NCBI GenBank assembly: GCA_951406725.2
Contig: OX597827.1
Location: 6,386,001-6,450,000 of the forward strand
Source: Octopus vulgaris
Taxonomy: Eukaryota
Direction of reading: 5' to 3'
Length of the DNA: 64,000 bases
The notes below the pieces were generated by a model, which saw nothing but the letters and a program-made list of their open reading frames with translations, had not been told where the DNA came from and did no database searches. The position numbers were made by a program, and so were the translations under genes. Shown piece by piece: positions 13,223-28,241 of this stretch (positions are counted from its first letter, which is position 1; every line of letters begins with the position of its first letter).

Positions 13223-13309
13223 TTTAGTACAATTGTTTCATACTATAAACATTTTATTTCAAGCTGCAAATATTACAGCAAATATAATGTCAAGTATTCT
13301 TCAGCTAAA
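13223..13309 (-). ncRNA. Minimal type I hammerhead ribozyme (Penelope-associated type)
   Basis: Minus strand: stem I TTTAG - CTGAAGA - stem II ATACT...AGTAT - GAAA - palindromic stem III CAATTG - TA - stem I' CTAAA. All core nucleotides present; GUA cleavage triplet. Confidence 0.8.
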
Positions 13310-13488
13310 TTTCATATAGGTTTTCCAAACATTTTAGAGAGTGTAAATATCCTTATGAAGTTATTGGAGTGAGTTCCATGAATTTGAAGTAAGATTCCAA
13401 GCAGACTATATATGTTTTCCAACAATACAAAGTTCTTAAATTGATTATCAACATCCCAGAGAAGATAAATCTACTCATAAAGATGTAG

Positions 13489-13526
<38 letters not shown>

Positions 13527-13559
13527 ATATATGTGTATATATATTTGCTGACTCCAGAA

Positions 13560-13830
13560 GTAGGATAGGTGAGCATGACCTTTACAAGCTCTCCAAGAGC
13601 AATTACCTTGATGCAGACAGGTTTTGCTAAATTGTTTGTAGGTTAACACCTGTAGAAAAAGACATGAGTAGGAAGGACATTCCAGAGGGTCTGTGTTCTG
13701 GGGAGAAAGGACTGGACATAGTGACTAGTAGAGCCCTAATGGTGGTGGTTGTAGGTAGTTGTGGGAAAGATAACAAAAATGTGAATGAGAGTTGAGAAAA
13801 CGGAAGCATGCGACCAACCAGAGAACATGA
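13560..13830 (-). mobile_element. Decayed CR1/L2/Jockey-group LINE 3' fragment
   Basis: Minus-strand frame reads STSHYVQSFLPRTQTLWNVLPTHVFF, matching the SFFPRT--LWN-LP C-terminal motif. Confidence 0.7.
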
Positions 13831-15239
13831 AGGTGTGTATTATATGTGTGTGCGTGCATGTGAGTGTGTGTGTGTGTGCGTGTGCATGTGTATGTGTGTG
13901 TGTTGTATGTGTGTGTGTTGTGTGTTCTATGTGTTTTGTATGTGCATGTGTATACGTGTGTGTGTGTATGCTTGTGTGTACCCATGTCTTGATATCATAA
14001 GATTGTTGTAACTGATTTTGTTTATTTTCAGTCTTCTGTAGTAAGTCAGTCTGGCTGTGGGGAAATATAACTTTGCTTGGAAACAGGTTGAGGGACGGTG
14101 ATAGGAATCTCATCCAACCATAGGAAATTTGCCCAAACATCTACTGTTGTGGCCCATGGAAAAGTGGGCATTAGATGACAACGATGACAATGGTGATGAT
14201 AATGATGATGTATATTTTTCTTTTTTGTAGATACTGTGTTAGAACCATGCAGGTCACTCTGCTGGTAATTGCTCTGCACCTCAATCCTTATAGTAATCCC
14301 CTGGTCCCCTGGGCATGAAATTGATTCCCCTCCCCATATACTCCAAGGTTTTTAGTCGTACTGTGAACTGCACGAAATCCTCAACAGAGCAGTTGGTATG
14401 AAAAAAAAAGGCCCCCAGTCCACATTGTAATGTGGTTGGCATTAGGGGTGGGGGACATCTGGCCATAAAAAGAAAAAAAAACATGCCAATGCAGGTATTA
14501 GATCTCTCAATGCAGTCCTTGGACACATTGATTCCTGTCAAACTGTCCAACCCATGCAAGCATGGAACATTAACTTTAAACAAAGATGGTGAGGATGATG
14601 ATGATGACAATGACGATGACGATGATGATGATGTTGACAATGATGATGAATATGATGATGACATTTGGCAGAGAGCTGGGTGAAATGCCAGCTTTTTATT
14701 GCAAACTTTTACACTCTGAGTTTGAATTTCACTACAGTCAGCCTTCTCTTTCATCCTTCTGGAAACAGTAAAAACAAACAGAAATCACAGATTGATTTCA
14801 TCGAGGCTTTCCATGTACTACTCCCAAAACTTGAGGCTTTTTGCCAAAGTTAGAAAATTTCTGTAGAGTAAAATACGACATGCTATGAGCCAATAAAAAT
14901 ATCTCAGCATGGTCAGCTTAACTTGTTAGAAATTGCAGAGAAATCTAGTGCCAAATTACAACCACATTGAAAAAAGAAACACACAGCAGATGATCAAGAC
15001 CTAGACAGTAGGTATATAGTCCTAAAGAGAAGGATGGGATGGTCACTGCTAGATGATTCTGCAGAAATGGTCTCATCACTTACACTACAAGATAACTTAG
15101 GAAAAGTATTAACATCCAAACTTCTTTTTACACTCTCATGATTCATGTGAAATATAACAGCTTTCACTCCAGTTTTAGAAATCAATATATATATATATAT
15201 ATAGATGTGTGTGTGTATTTATATGTGCATATGTATATT

Positions 15240-15432
<193 letters not shown>

Positions 15433-17301
15433 GCATTTATATTATGTGTATGTATGTGTATATATATTTATAAGTATGTGTGTGTGTGTATACACAAAAT
15501 GTATAAGTATGCATACATGTACATGTACCCACGTGTGCACACACACACACACACTTATATGCATACATCCACAGATACATATATATATATATATATATAT
15601 ACAAATATGCATGTGTGTCTGTGTGTGTTTGTGTGTGTGTGTGTGTGTATGTGTGCACATATCTTGTATGTTTTCTTCTTCCTTGTTTTTTCTGAGTATT
15701 TTTATCCTAAAACGATGATGGCAGTAGTGGTGATGGTGGCGATCATAGTAGTAGTAGTAGTGGTGGTGGTGGTGGTGGTGGTGGTGGTAGCAGTGGCAGG
15801 GGAATTCATGTCACCCAATTAACAAGATGTGTTTCTGATAAATATTTAGTTTTCTACACCTTGTTGTTGCTGATATTGATACAAATGTTAATACTGACAT
15901 TTTAAACACCTTCAATTTTTACTTCACACATTCCTGGCAAATTTTCTTCAGTATTAGATTTTTTTTTTCCATCAAACATCTTAATATATTTTTTAAACCT
16001 TTTTTTTTTTTTCTCTCCAAGTATGGAAAAGATCTGCTTAGATAAAGAAACGACATTTTCCAATTTTTTTCTTTACATTTTCTCAATTATATTTATTTAT
16101 TTAGCTAAAAATTTTTCTTTCTGGTTAAATGTTGGCTGAAAGTCAAATGCTAAGATGGTATATGTATATGGTATGTTTCTATGCTGAGCTTATAAAGCGA
16201 ACCTTATATTTTAGTTTCATTTCTTATGAATCCAATGAGTTTCATACAACTTAATTAGATTATTTCTGCTTTTTTCTTATACTTTTACTTATATTTTTTT
16301 TGTTTTCTTATACATTTACTTATATTTTTTTTGTTGACATCTTATCCAAATTTTTTTTAGGCTGTGTAATGTGTGCAAGTCCATGAGCATATTATGTGTG
16401 TTTAAGGGTGCATGGTGGTTATAATTACATATTATAAGCATATGACAAATATACATACATACATACACACACACACTCACATATTTATATACAAATATAT
16501 ATGTATATGTATATATATATATGTGTGTGTGTGTGTATGTATATATGTATATATTATCATCATCTTCACAATCACATTGTCATCATCATCAACATCGTCA
16601 TCATCATCATCACCACCATCATCACCACCATCATCACCATCATCATCACCATCATCATCTATGTTTAAAATCTGTTTTCCATGCTGGCATAGGTTGGATG
16701 GGTTCACAGGATCCTTTCAGCTGTAGAGTAGTGTCAGGTTCTAATGTCAGCATTGCCATGCTTTCTGTGGCTGGATGCCCTTCCTAATGCCAACCCAGTG
16801 ATTATTGTAGATGTTCAATCTTTTTATTTTTCATTCTTTTTTTATGTGATAGTAGGAAAAGTAACTTGCAAGATAAACAAGAGAAAGGAAAAGGAGCTGA
16901 ACAGGAGTGCATTGGAGAAAGGGGCAAGTAGCTTTGTATGAGGTGTTGAAGACTAAGCATGGCAAAGAGACACGCAAGGGTGTCTTGCTGGATATGTTAT
17001 GGGGTTACACAGCATTTTATGAAGATGGGTGAGAGTAGCTGGAACAGAAATAAAAATAGAGGTAACGTGGAGTTAGGGCATACTCTCAAGGCACAACATA
17101 ATTATTTATACATATACATACATACATACACACATATATATATATGTATTTCACTCTGTGAAAGTTTCTAGTTCGAATCACATGTGTCTCGAGACGTGCC
17201 GAAGATTTTCTATTTTGGATGTATTTGGGGTACTTAGGTCTGCTCAGGACTTAGTGCTTGCTTTTTCCATGGGTATGAGTAAGTAGTTCACTTATATCTC
17301 A

Positions 17302-17371
17302 CGTATTTATCGCTGAAGAGGGGAAAATTCTTATGAATTAACCCCGAAATTGGACCAATACGGTAATAACG
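17302..17371 (+). ncRNA. Type I hammerhead ribozyme
   Basis: Stem I CGTATTTATCG / CGGTAATAACG (one G:U, 2x2 internal loop); CTGAAGA at 17313-17319; stem II GGGG-AA-AATTC-TTAT-GAATT-AA-CCCC; GAAA at 17346-17349; stem III (A)TTG-GAC-CAA(T); AUA triplet, cleavage after 17360. Confidence 0.85.
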
Positions 17372-17583
17372 ATTTTTTAAGAAATTTCTATCGGTTTGTT
17401 TCGAGACGCATAAATTATAATGGTTATTGACAATTTTTGTCTTTTTTTTCGGCATATTTGGCATTAGAATTTTTCTTTTGCCCTTATCTTGTAAATTATA
17501 TATATATGTGTGTATATCTATATGTATATATATATATACATACATGCACATATGCACACACACACACACATACACAAATATAC

Positions 17584-17624
<41 letters not shown>

Positions 17625-17873
17625 GATATTTGTCTTTGTGTATCGTTATACTGATATAGAATGGGCTGCAGAAGAGTGCTTGTCCTGCATAAACAAAATG
17701 TCTGGCAGAAATAACTAAAAGTGCGATGAAGGAAAAGAACAGCTTATTTGAAAGCAAACAAACATTGGCATTAGAAAGGACATCTGGGTGTAGAATACTA
17801 TATCAGGAAATTTCATCAAGTTCCTACCATAATGAAAATGTCAACCATAACAAAAATTATGATAACAATGTTG

Positions 17874-17917
<44 letters not shown>

Positions 17918-17952
17918 CACATATATATATATATATACATATATATATATGC

Positions 17953-17995
<43 letters not shown>

Positions 17996-18126
17996 TATAT
18001 ATACATATATACACATATACGTATACATAGTTCCGAATATTGGAGGGATGTTAGTTCGATCCTCATGGCTGGCTGCTGACAAATTTTCCTGCTTTTAAAA
18101 AGAAAAATGGATTTTATCCTTTATAT

Positions 18127-18174
<48 letters not shown>

Positions 18175-18285
18175 CAGTATCCATGCGTTGAATACAATTT
18201 GTCTTTATACTTGTTATACATATATATATATACATATTTATATATATGTATATCAATCTATCTATATATATGTGTGTGTGTGTAT

Positions 18286-18333
<48 letters not shown>

Positions 18334-18653
18334 CACACACATGCACACACAGATATATATATACATATACAGATAGGTACATAAATAGACTGAAAGATAC
18401 ATATACATATATGTGTGTATATGTGTATCACACTTTAATCTTACTTTTCATTGATGCATTTAACGGTTCAATTCTTCAGAATGACCAACCATTTTAATCC
18501 TATTAGGAAGCTTCAGACTGTCAGGCCAAAGATATTCAACAAGGATGAAACTCATTAGTCACTGTAAGGAGTTATAACTTAAATTCTTTCAATAAAATCA
18601 ATAATCTACATATATAGAGAATTCACTTCTAGAGATAGTTATGCATTGTACTG

Positions 18654-18711
<58 letters not shown>

Positions 18712-19044
18712 TATTTATATATATACATATATATAAATATATGCATATATACATGCATGTATGTACATACCTACATATATATGTATATACACATGCATAT
18801 GTGGGTACAGGACATCAAAAACACGTAGACACAATGAGAAACAAGAACATAAAAAACAAAAACAAAGAAAATGAACTTTTTTTGAATGATGAATAAAACA
18901 AACAAACAGAGAAATGAGACATGAAACATAAAGAACATTCCCTTAATCAGTTGTCCCCTGTTTTATCTACTCTACGTTTCGATATATATATATATGACTG
19001 TATAAGTATATGTATTTTTATTAATATATGTGAAAACATGTATC

Positions 19045-19276
19045 AGACACTCTTCCCAAGACGTTAGGGAATTAGGGCAGTTTCCCAGAACTTGTGGGTT
19101 TATATATTCCCCACCTGGATGGGACACTGGTTCCAGCAAGGGATTACTGATTCTGACCAGCTGAATGGACAACAGCAATGTGAAATGAAGTGTTTTGCTC
19201 AAGCACATAACGTATTCCCCAGTCCAGGAATTGAAACCACAATGTTATGGTCATGAGTGGAACACTAATCCATGCA

Positions 19277-19278
<2 letters not shown>
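19045..19278 (-). mobile_element. tRNA-derived SINE family D copy (decayed)
   Basis: Reverse complement matches 44073-44340 (TTGAGCAAAACACTTCATTTCAC...CAGCTGG...TCCAGGTGGGGAAT). Confidence 0.75.
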
Positions 19279-19334
<56 letters not shown>

Positions 19335-19343
19335 ATATATATA

Positions 19344-19391
<48 letters not shown>

Positions 19392-19397
19392 TATATA

Positions 19398-19551
<154 letters not shown>

Positions 19552-20323
19552 CCAATGCTAGCATGGAAAACGGACGCTAAACGATGATGATGATATATAT
19601 ATATATATATATAAGTACATATATATGCATACATATATTTATATATTTTTACATATATGTGTACATATAACCTTGAGGGGTTTAAGTTGAAGAAATCTAC
19701 CCCCAGGACTTTAATTTTTTAAACCTAGTAGTTATTTTATCAGTTCTTCTGCTGAACCGCTTGGTTATGGGGACGTAAATACACTGACACTGGTTGTCAA
19801 GTGGTGATGAGGGGACAAACACACACACACACACACACACACATACAAATAAAGATATACACCTTTGTATATGCACACACATACATCGACACATATATAA
19901 AGCTGAATGTAAGCACATGCACACACACACACATACATGAATGTACACGCATACTCACACTTACTTGAACATATAGTACAAAAGAAAACAAACCAATGGT
20001 CAGATTCTCATATATCATTATATATTATTGTATTTCTAGCAGTGAACCTAACAATGAGTCTACAGATATTCTACATAACTACAACAAAGTTTAAGAATTG
20101 TATTCTAATACATATGCATAGAGCTATTTCTCTTTACGAATATTTATTATGATTTTAACTGAATATGAATTTAATGTTCCACTGTTTTGACTTCTTCAAG
20201 CTGACATTTTGAAGACAGAAGACCACGACTTGCAAAAGTTTGAGAACAATGTCGAAAAAAATTATAAAACTTATTAGACTTTACATGTATTAAATCCTAT
20301 AAACTGAAATCTGTTGTATTTGT

Positions 20324-20390
<67 letters not shown>

Positions 20391-20601
20391 GTGTTTGTGT
20401 TTGCCATGCACCACATAATTGTAACTTAGGGATTCATCAAAAAGTGACTGATGGAATAAGTACCAGGTTTTAAAAATACTGGGATCAATTTGTTCAATGA
20501 AACCCTACAAGATGATACTCCAGCTTGGCCACAATCAAAGTCAGAAACAAGTAAAGGCAATATATATATATATATGTATATACATATATATATGTATATA
20601 C

Positions 20602-20710
<109 letters not shown>

Positions 20711-20821
20711 TGTATATATGTATATATATATTTATTTATATATCCAGAATTCAGAGACAAACTGCTATTTAGTTATTCCATCAATAGTGAAAAGATATTA
20801 TCTATAGTAACTACATTTTTA

Positions 20822-20891
<70 letters not shown>

Positions 20892-20911
20892 CTTTTACTA
20901 TATATATATTT

Positions 20912-21300
20912 AGGCGTAGGAGTGGCTGTATGGTAAGTAGCTTGCATACCAATCACTTGGTTCCAGGATCAGTCCCACTGCATGACACCTTGGGCAAGTG
21001 TTTTCTACTATAGCCTTAAGCCAATCAAATCCTTATGAGTGGATTTGGTGGATGTAAACTGAGAGAAGCTTGTCATATAAGTATATGTATATGTTTGTGT
21101 GTCTGTGTTTGTCCTCCCACCATCGCTTGACAACCAATGCTGATGTGTTTATGTCCTCATAACTTAGCAGTTTGGCAAAAGAGATTGATAGAATAAGTAC
21201 TAGACTTACATAGAATAAGTCCTAGGGTCGATTTGTTCAACTGAATGCTATGCTCCAGCATGGCTGCAGTCAAATTACTGATACAAATGAAATAATGGAA
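20912..21300 (+). mobile_element. SINE family A copy
   Basis: GGCGTAGGAGTGGCTGTATGGTAAG head; full body colinear with 28242-28653. Confidence 0.9.
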
Positions 21301-21318
21301 GAATATGTATGTATGTAT

Positions 21319-21373
<55 letters not shown>

Positions 21374-21379
<6 letters not shown>

Positions 21380-21579
21380 GGTGCTGAAAATTCCTGGTTT
21401 TGGGTAAAAAAAAATACAGAAATATCAGGTTATGATTTTATTTGGCATATTCCTCTTTCAGATTCACACACAGCAGTCCTTCATTATTTCTAAACCCTGT
21501 AAAAGAACACAGAAGGTCGAGCCCCAAACCAGGCCTCTTGCAATACCATTAAAAGCAGGAACTTTTCAGAATCCACTTG
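21374..21579. mobile_element. Tc1/mariner-type MITE
   Basis: TA flanks; imperfect TIRs TGAGAGGGTGCTGAAAATTCCTG ... CAGGAACTTTTCAGAATCCACTTG; a second, inverted copy at 33184-33400. Confidence 0.75.
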
Positions 21580-22067
21580 TAGATATATTTCTTTTATCTT
21601 TTGACTTCTTTCAGTTACAAGACTGCAGCCATCCTGGGGCATCACTTTTGAAAATGAACCCCAGCAATTTTTTTTTCTTAAGCCTGGTGCATATTTTATC
21701 AGTCTCTTTCACCAAATCACTAAGTAACAGGGCTGTAGATAAAGACACACACACACACACACACAAACACACTCAAATTCTGTCTATCAAATCCACTCAC
21801 AGCCTGATGGTTGGCCCAAGACTATAGACACACTTGCTCAAAATGCCATGCAGTGAGTCTGAACCTGGAACCATGAGGTTGGGAAGCGAACTTCTTTCCA
21901 CATATTCATGACTTTGCCCATATGTGTGTGTGTGTTTGTCAGTATGTGTATATCTGTATATGTATGCAAACATGTGTGTCTGTTCATTAGTTATTTTGTA
22001 AATCATTGTCATTGTGACTAAGGCCATACAGAAGTACCAATACACCATAATGATCTATGTACATAAA

Positions 22068-22127
<60 letters not shown>

Positions 22128-22153
22128 TATTTATACAAATATATACATATATA

Positions 22154-22201
<48 letters not shown>

Positions 22202-22227
22202 TATTTATACAAATATATACATATATA

Positions 22228-22275
<48 letters not shown>

Positions 22276-22304
22276 TATTTATACAAATATATACATATAT
22301 AATG

Positions 22305-22342
<38 letters not shown>

Positions 22343-23707
22343 AATATATACATTTATAATATATGTAATATATATATGCATATACACACACATATATATG
22401 CATATATATGCATGAATGTATGTATGTATGTGTATATATATGTATATACATGTGCGTGTGTGTGAGTGTTTAATCATTGTACCTTACTCAATAACATTAA
22501 GTGCTCCCTTTCAATTAATTGCAAATCACACCAATGTGATGCAATGATTTGGTGCATGTTTTATATATATATATATATGTATGTACGTATGTATGCATGT
22601 ATGTATGTACACATGTATACATACATACACATAGACAGATAAATAGATAGATAGATAGATGGTAAGTTGATAGATATGTATGTATGTGTAAGTACATGTG
22701 TATATAAACATACATATATATACACATATATATATATATACACACATATATATATATATACATATATATATATTGATATATACAAACACATCTGTATAGA
22801 GAGAGAAGGAGGTGACAGAGAGAAAGAAAGGGAGAGAGGGAGAGACATAAATAATAAATATGAATAACTATACCTGTGTATTCATTTGATGTGCTTGGTG
22901 CACATTAAGTATATACGTAGATGCACAATTATATTCTATGTGTATGTGCACATGTGTGCATACATCTCTACATGGGTATGGGTTCTGTGTGTGTCTGTGT
23001 CTGTGTGTGTCTGTGTGTGTGTGTGTCTGTGTGTGTCTGTGTGTGCATGTGTCAGTGTGTGCATGTGTGAGTGGCCATGCAGTTTTTCTTTCAGTTTGTG
23101 TGCTTGTGAACATGTGTTTTGCTGGACATTCATGTGCACTTGCTGCGAATAAAAGCAACCACTCATATCATAAATATTAAACCACTTACACAAATGAGCA
23201 AACTCTTACACGCCAATTCATTTACCTATACATCTTTCATATGCATTCAGAAATCATATCTGTAATTTTTTCAAATGGTATTGTGTGGTACACTATATTT
23301 CCATACATACATACATATTATATACACACGTGCACACAAAGACACCACAGGTATATATATATGTTCACATGCATGTGTATGTGTATTTATGCATATATAT
23401 TTGTATATATATATTTTCATATATCTATATATATATATACAGAGAGAGAGAAAGAGAGATAGACAGATATATACAGATATAGATATATAAATGTCTGTAT
23501 GTATATATATATATAGATATATGTATCTATATATAAAAAAAACTATCTATATATATAAAAAACAAAAACATATATATGTTTTTTCTGTTTTGTTGTTTAT
23601 TTTTAAAAATCAGCTTCAGCTCAAAGTTATGGCCATGCTGGAGCACCACCATCGTATATGTGTGAATATGTATATATATATATATATATGTGTGTGTATA
23701 ATTTTAT

Positions 23708-24053
23708 TCTTTTTCTTGTTTCAGTCATTTGACTGTGGCCATGCTGGAGCACGGCCTTTACTTGAGCAAATCGACTCCAGGACTTTCTAAGCCTAGAACT
23801 AATTCTCTTGGTCTCTTTAACTAAACCGCTAAGTTACGAGGATGTAAACTCACCAGCATCGGTTGTCAAGCGATTTTGTGGAGACAAACACGATGGGCTT
23901 CTTTCAGTTTCCCTCTACAAAATCCACTCACAAGGCTTTGGTCGGCCTGAGGCTATAAAAGAAGACACTTGCCCAAGGTGCCATGCTGTGGGACTGAACC
24001 CGGAACCATGTGGCTGGTAAGCAGGCTACTTACCACACAGCCACCCCTGCACC
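23708..24053 (-). mobile_element. SINE family A copy
   Basis: Reverse complement of the family A sequence, head at ~24053. Confidence 0.9.
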
Positions 24054-24085
24054 TATATACATATATACATACCCATATACATAAA

Positions 24086-24117
<32 letters not shown>

Positions 24118-24287
24118 AATATATACATATATATGTATATATATGTATGAATATATATATACATATATGTGTATATATATATATATGTATATATATATGT
24201 GTATACACATACATATATACATATATATATACACATATATGTATACATTTGTTTGTATATATATATATATATATATGCATATATGCA

Positions 24288-24332
<45 letters not shown>

Positions 24333-24455
24333 ATATTTATATATATATGTGTGTGTGTATATATATGTGTGTATGTGCATATGTTTGTATATATATGTGT
24401 GTTTGTATAGATATATCATGTATATATATGTATATATATATATATATATATATAC

Positions 24456-24520
<65 letters not shown>

Positions 24521-25049
24521 AATATGCATATATTTACATGTAAGTATATCTTTATATTTATAAATATATACATTAGTGCAAGGATTTATCAGTAATCACA
24601 TTATTATATGATGGAATTAATCTATGAAAACTCTGAAAATAACACAATGCTATCCATATAAATGTACTTACAAACATACATACATACATATACGTACATA
24701 CATATATATGTATATACACACACACATACATACACATGTGTGTGCGTGTGTGTGTGTGCCTGTGTATCAGTGTGTGTATAGGTGCCTGAATGCTGTGGAT
24801 TATCAATAGTTTTAAGCATTTTGAGATGAATACACTCAAAAGTTATACAATGCTTAGCAGCTTGATATAATCAATTGGTTTATATTTTCATACTCAAAGA
24901 GAAATTTAAATATAGAAATAGGAATTGCTTTAGGTATATATATATATATATATAGTTAGATATAGATATATACATATATATGCATGCATAAATAAATGTA
25001 CATGCACACAAGTATATATGTGTATATGTGTATATGTTTATGAATGTGT

Positions 25050-25095
<46 letters not shown>

Positions 25096-25204
25096 TATAC
25101 ATATATATTCACATATACATTCATATATGTGCATATATCTATATATATATGCATATGTATATATGTATGTATATGTATATATATGATATATTCATGTGTG
25201 TGTG

Positions 25205-25249
<45 letters not shown>

Positions 25250-25486
25250 ATGTATGTATGCATGTATGTATGTATGTATATATATATATATACACATACA
25301 TGCACACACATCCATAAATGCACATATATATATATATGAACATATACATATATCACAGTGTCTCACTGTGCCTCTAGAAGATCCACCTAACTCATGCCAA
25401 AGTGTAAAATGTGGACGTAAAAAAGATTGATGATCATGATAATAAATATGTGCGTGTGTATTTATATGTATATATGTATATATGTA

Positions 25487-25537
<51 letters not shown>

Positions 25538-26068
25538 GACATACATATAAGTTCTCATTCAAAGAAATCTCTTCATTCATACACCTGTGGTCTTGTATAT
25601 ATACATAAATATAAAAATACACAGACACACACATATATATACATTTGTATATACATATATATCAACATACATATACATGAGCACTATGCTCCAGCTTGAC
25701 CGTAGCTAAAGCAGCTAAAAGAAACTTCAAAAAGTACATATATATATATATACATGTATGTATTTATGAATACACTTATGCATGTAGGATATAAGCATAC
25801 ATATCTACATGTGAGTGTGCATCATGTTTGTGCATTGAATAAACACGGAAAGTATTGCAAATAACAGGTAGAAAGTTGTGCAATTAATATAATTGATGTT
25901 GTACTTAATTTATAGTTTGTTTTCCCAAGTTCTTTAATTTTACTTTGTCTTGGCTATTATGACCAAGGCCACTCTGGAGCTTTGCTTTGCCCTGGGTTTT
26001 TCTTCTCTTTGGTTTTGTTTGTTTTGGTTTTAAAAAAAGAGAGCAAAAACAAGGAAAGCAATACTTAC

Positions 26069-26167
26069 CCAGAAAAGTGCCGAATCCTTTCGTAACGTGT
26101 TGTTATACAGCGTAGGTATCCCAATGTGAAGTTGTACATTTACTGCTGCTGCTGCTGTCGTTGCCGG

Positions 26168-26199
<32 letters not shown>

Positions 26200-26286
26200 G
26201 TGTTGCTGCTGACGCTGTCGCTGCTTATATTCTGTGGCAGCATTGTTGTTACTGCTTACTCTATGATGTGTGAATAGCGGAATGAG
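26069..26286 (-). other. Candidate non-coding first exon (5'UTR) of the protocadherin
   Basis: Unique CpG-containing island. Initiator-like CTCATTCC near 26286, a (CAG)-rich body, and a consensus donor CTGG|GTAAGTA at 26069/26068. The link to the acceptor at 2102 is inferred. Confidence 0.4.
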
Positions 26287-26379
26287 AGAGCCAGAGAGAC
26301 AGAGAATAGAGGGAGAGTAATAGGAACTGAGAGAGCATTAAGGGAGAGCAAGATCTGAGCATGGATATGAATGGTTGTG

Positions 26380-26405
26380 AGTGTGTCTATGTATAAGTAC
26401 ATGTG

Positions 26406-26445
<40 letters not shown>

Positions 26446-26522
26446 TTGTGTATGTGTGAAGTGAGTTGTCTGTGTGTATGTATGTGTGTGTGTGTGTGTG
26501 TGTCTATGTATAAGTACATGTG

Positions 26523-26560
<38 letters not shown>

Positions 26561-26637
26561 TTGTGTATGTGTGAAGTGAGTTGTCTGTGTGTATGTATGT
26601 GTGTGTGTGTGTGTGTGTCTATGTATAAGTACATGTG

Positions 26638-26668
<31 letters not shown>

Positions 26669-26748
26669 GTTTTGTGTATGTGTGAAGTGAGTTGTCTGTG
26701 TGTATGTATGTGTGTGTGTGTGTGTGTGTCTATGTATAAGTACATGTG

Positions 26749-26786
<38 letters not shown>

Positions 26787-26863
26787 TTGTGTATGTGTGA
26801 AGTGAGTTGTCTGTGTGTATGTATGTGTGTGTGTGTGTGTGTGTCTATGTATAAGTACATGTG

Positions 26864-26901
<38 letters not shown>

Positions 26902-26978
26902 TTGTGTATGTGTGAAGTGAGTTGTCTGTGTGTATGTATGTGTGTGTGTGTGTGTGTGTCTATGTATAAGTACATGTG

Positions 26979-27009
<31 letters not shown>

Positions 27010-27130
27010 GTTTTGTGTATGTGTGAAGTGAGTTGTCTGTGTGTATGTGTGTGTGTGTGTGTGTGTGTGTCTATGTATAAGTACATGTGTATATGTATTT
27101 TGTGTAAGTGTGAAGTGAGTTGCTTGTGTG
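26380..27130. repeat. Compound minisatellite, ~6.5 units of 111-115 bp
   Basis: Anchor GTTTTGTGTATGTGTGAAGTGAGTTGTC at 26443, 26558, 26669, 26784, 26899 and 27010; units differ essentially in (TA)n length. Confidence 0.95.
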
Positions 27131-27612
27131 AGTGTGTGTGTGTATGTGTGTGTGTGTATGTGTGTGTGTGTGTGTGTGTATGTGTGTGTGTGTATGTGTG
27201 TGTGTGTGTGTATGTGTCTATGAGCATGTGTGTGTGTGCACGTAGTGTGTTTGTGTATGTCATGTGTTCGCTCCTCTGTATGTGTCTGTGTGTTTGTGTG
27301 TCTGTCTGTGTGCATGCATATGTTAAGAAAGGTGGCTGAGTAAGAGGGATCGGAAAGGGTCAGAAGTAGAGAGTATAGTGAGGGGGGGGGGGGAGACAGT
27401 CAGACAGACGAACGGAATTAAGGTGCGAGGAAAAGAGAGTAAGTTATGGGAAGGAGAGTAAAATGTTAGCATGTGTATATGTGGGCACGTATGTGTGTGT
27501 ACATACTCAGACAGACAGACAGATAGATAGATAGACAGATAAATACCCACTTATATATTTACACATCTATATATATATACACATACAGATATATATATAA
27601 TTATATATATAT

Positions 27613-27649
<37 letters not shown>

Positions 27650-27680
27650 TATATACACATACAGATATATATATATATAT

Positions 27681-27717
<37 letters not shown>

Positions 27718-27876
27718 AATAAATGATATATGAGTGTATGTACTTACAGATGTGTGTACAAAAGAAAATAGGAGGGTGTGCAAAAATTGAAGACAAAAAG
27801 CAGAGTTAGAGAAAGATAAACAAACAGATAGATTGAAAGAGAAAATAGATAGAGTGAGAGAAATAGCAAAACAAGC

Positions 27877-27932
<56 letters not shown>

Positions 27933-28241
27933 AGGGTGATAAGTTGAATAACTGAGAAGCGATCCTAAGAAGTATGGAAGAGTGTATATGTAATTCTAAC
28001 AGGAGCCAATGGAAGTTCATTCTGCTGAAATAAAAAGCATCTGATGTCCATGTCAGTTTCACACTATTATATAAAAACTTGTGAATACAGTTATACACCC
28101 TGGAAGCTGCATATTGTAATCTCCTTCAGCCAAAGATTTTGCAGCTAATTGTAACTAAGTTGATAACATTAAGCAAATAAAATGTTTTGGACCCACTAAC
28201 TTCAAAATTTTGAAAATAATATATATATATATATATATATT

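Noticed and set aside
18800-18990. Hammerhead on the minus strand (GAAACGTAGAG...CTGATTAAGGG)
   Set aside because: The core is mutated (CTGATTA) and I could not form stems I or III; kept only as possible repeat debris.
26380-27130. CRISPR-like array
   Set aside because: The intervening segments are identical microsatellite sequence rather than unique spacers; eukaryotic context with no cas genes.
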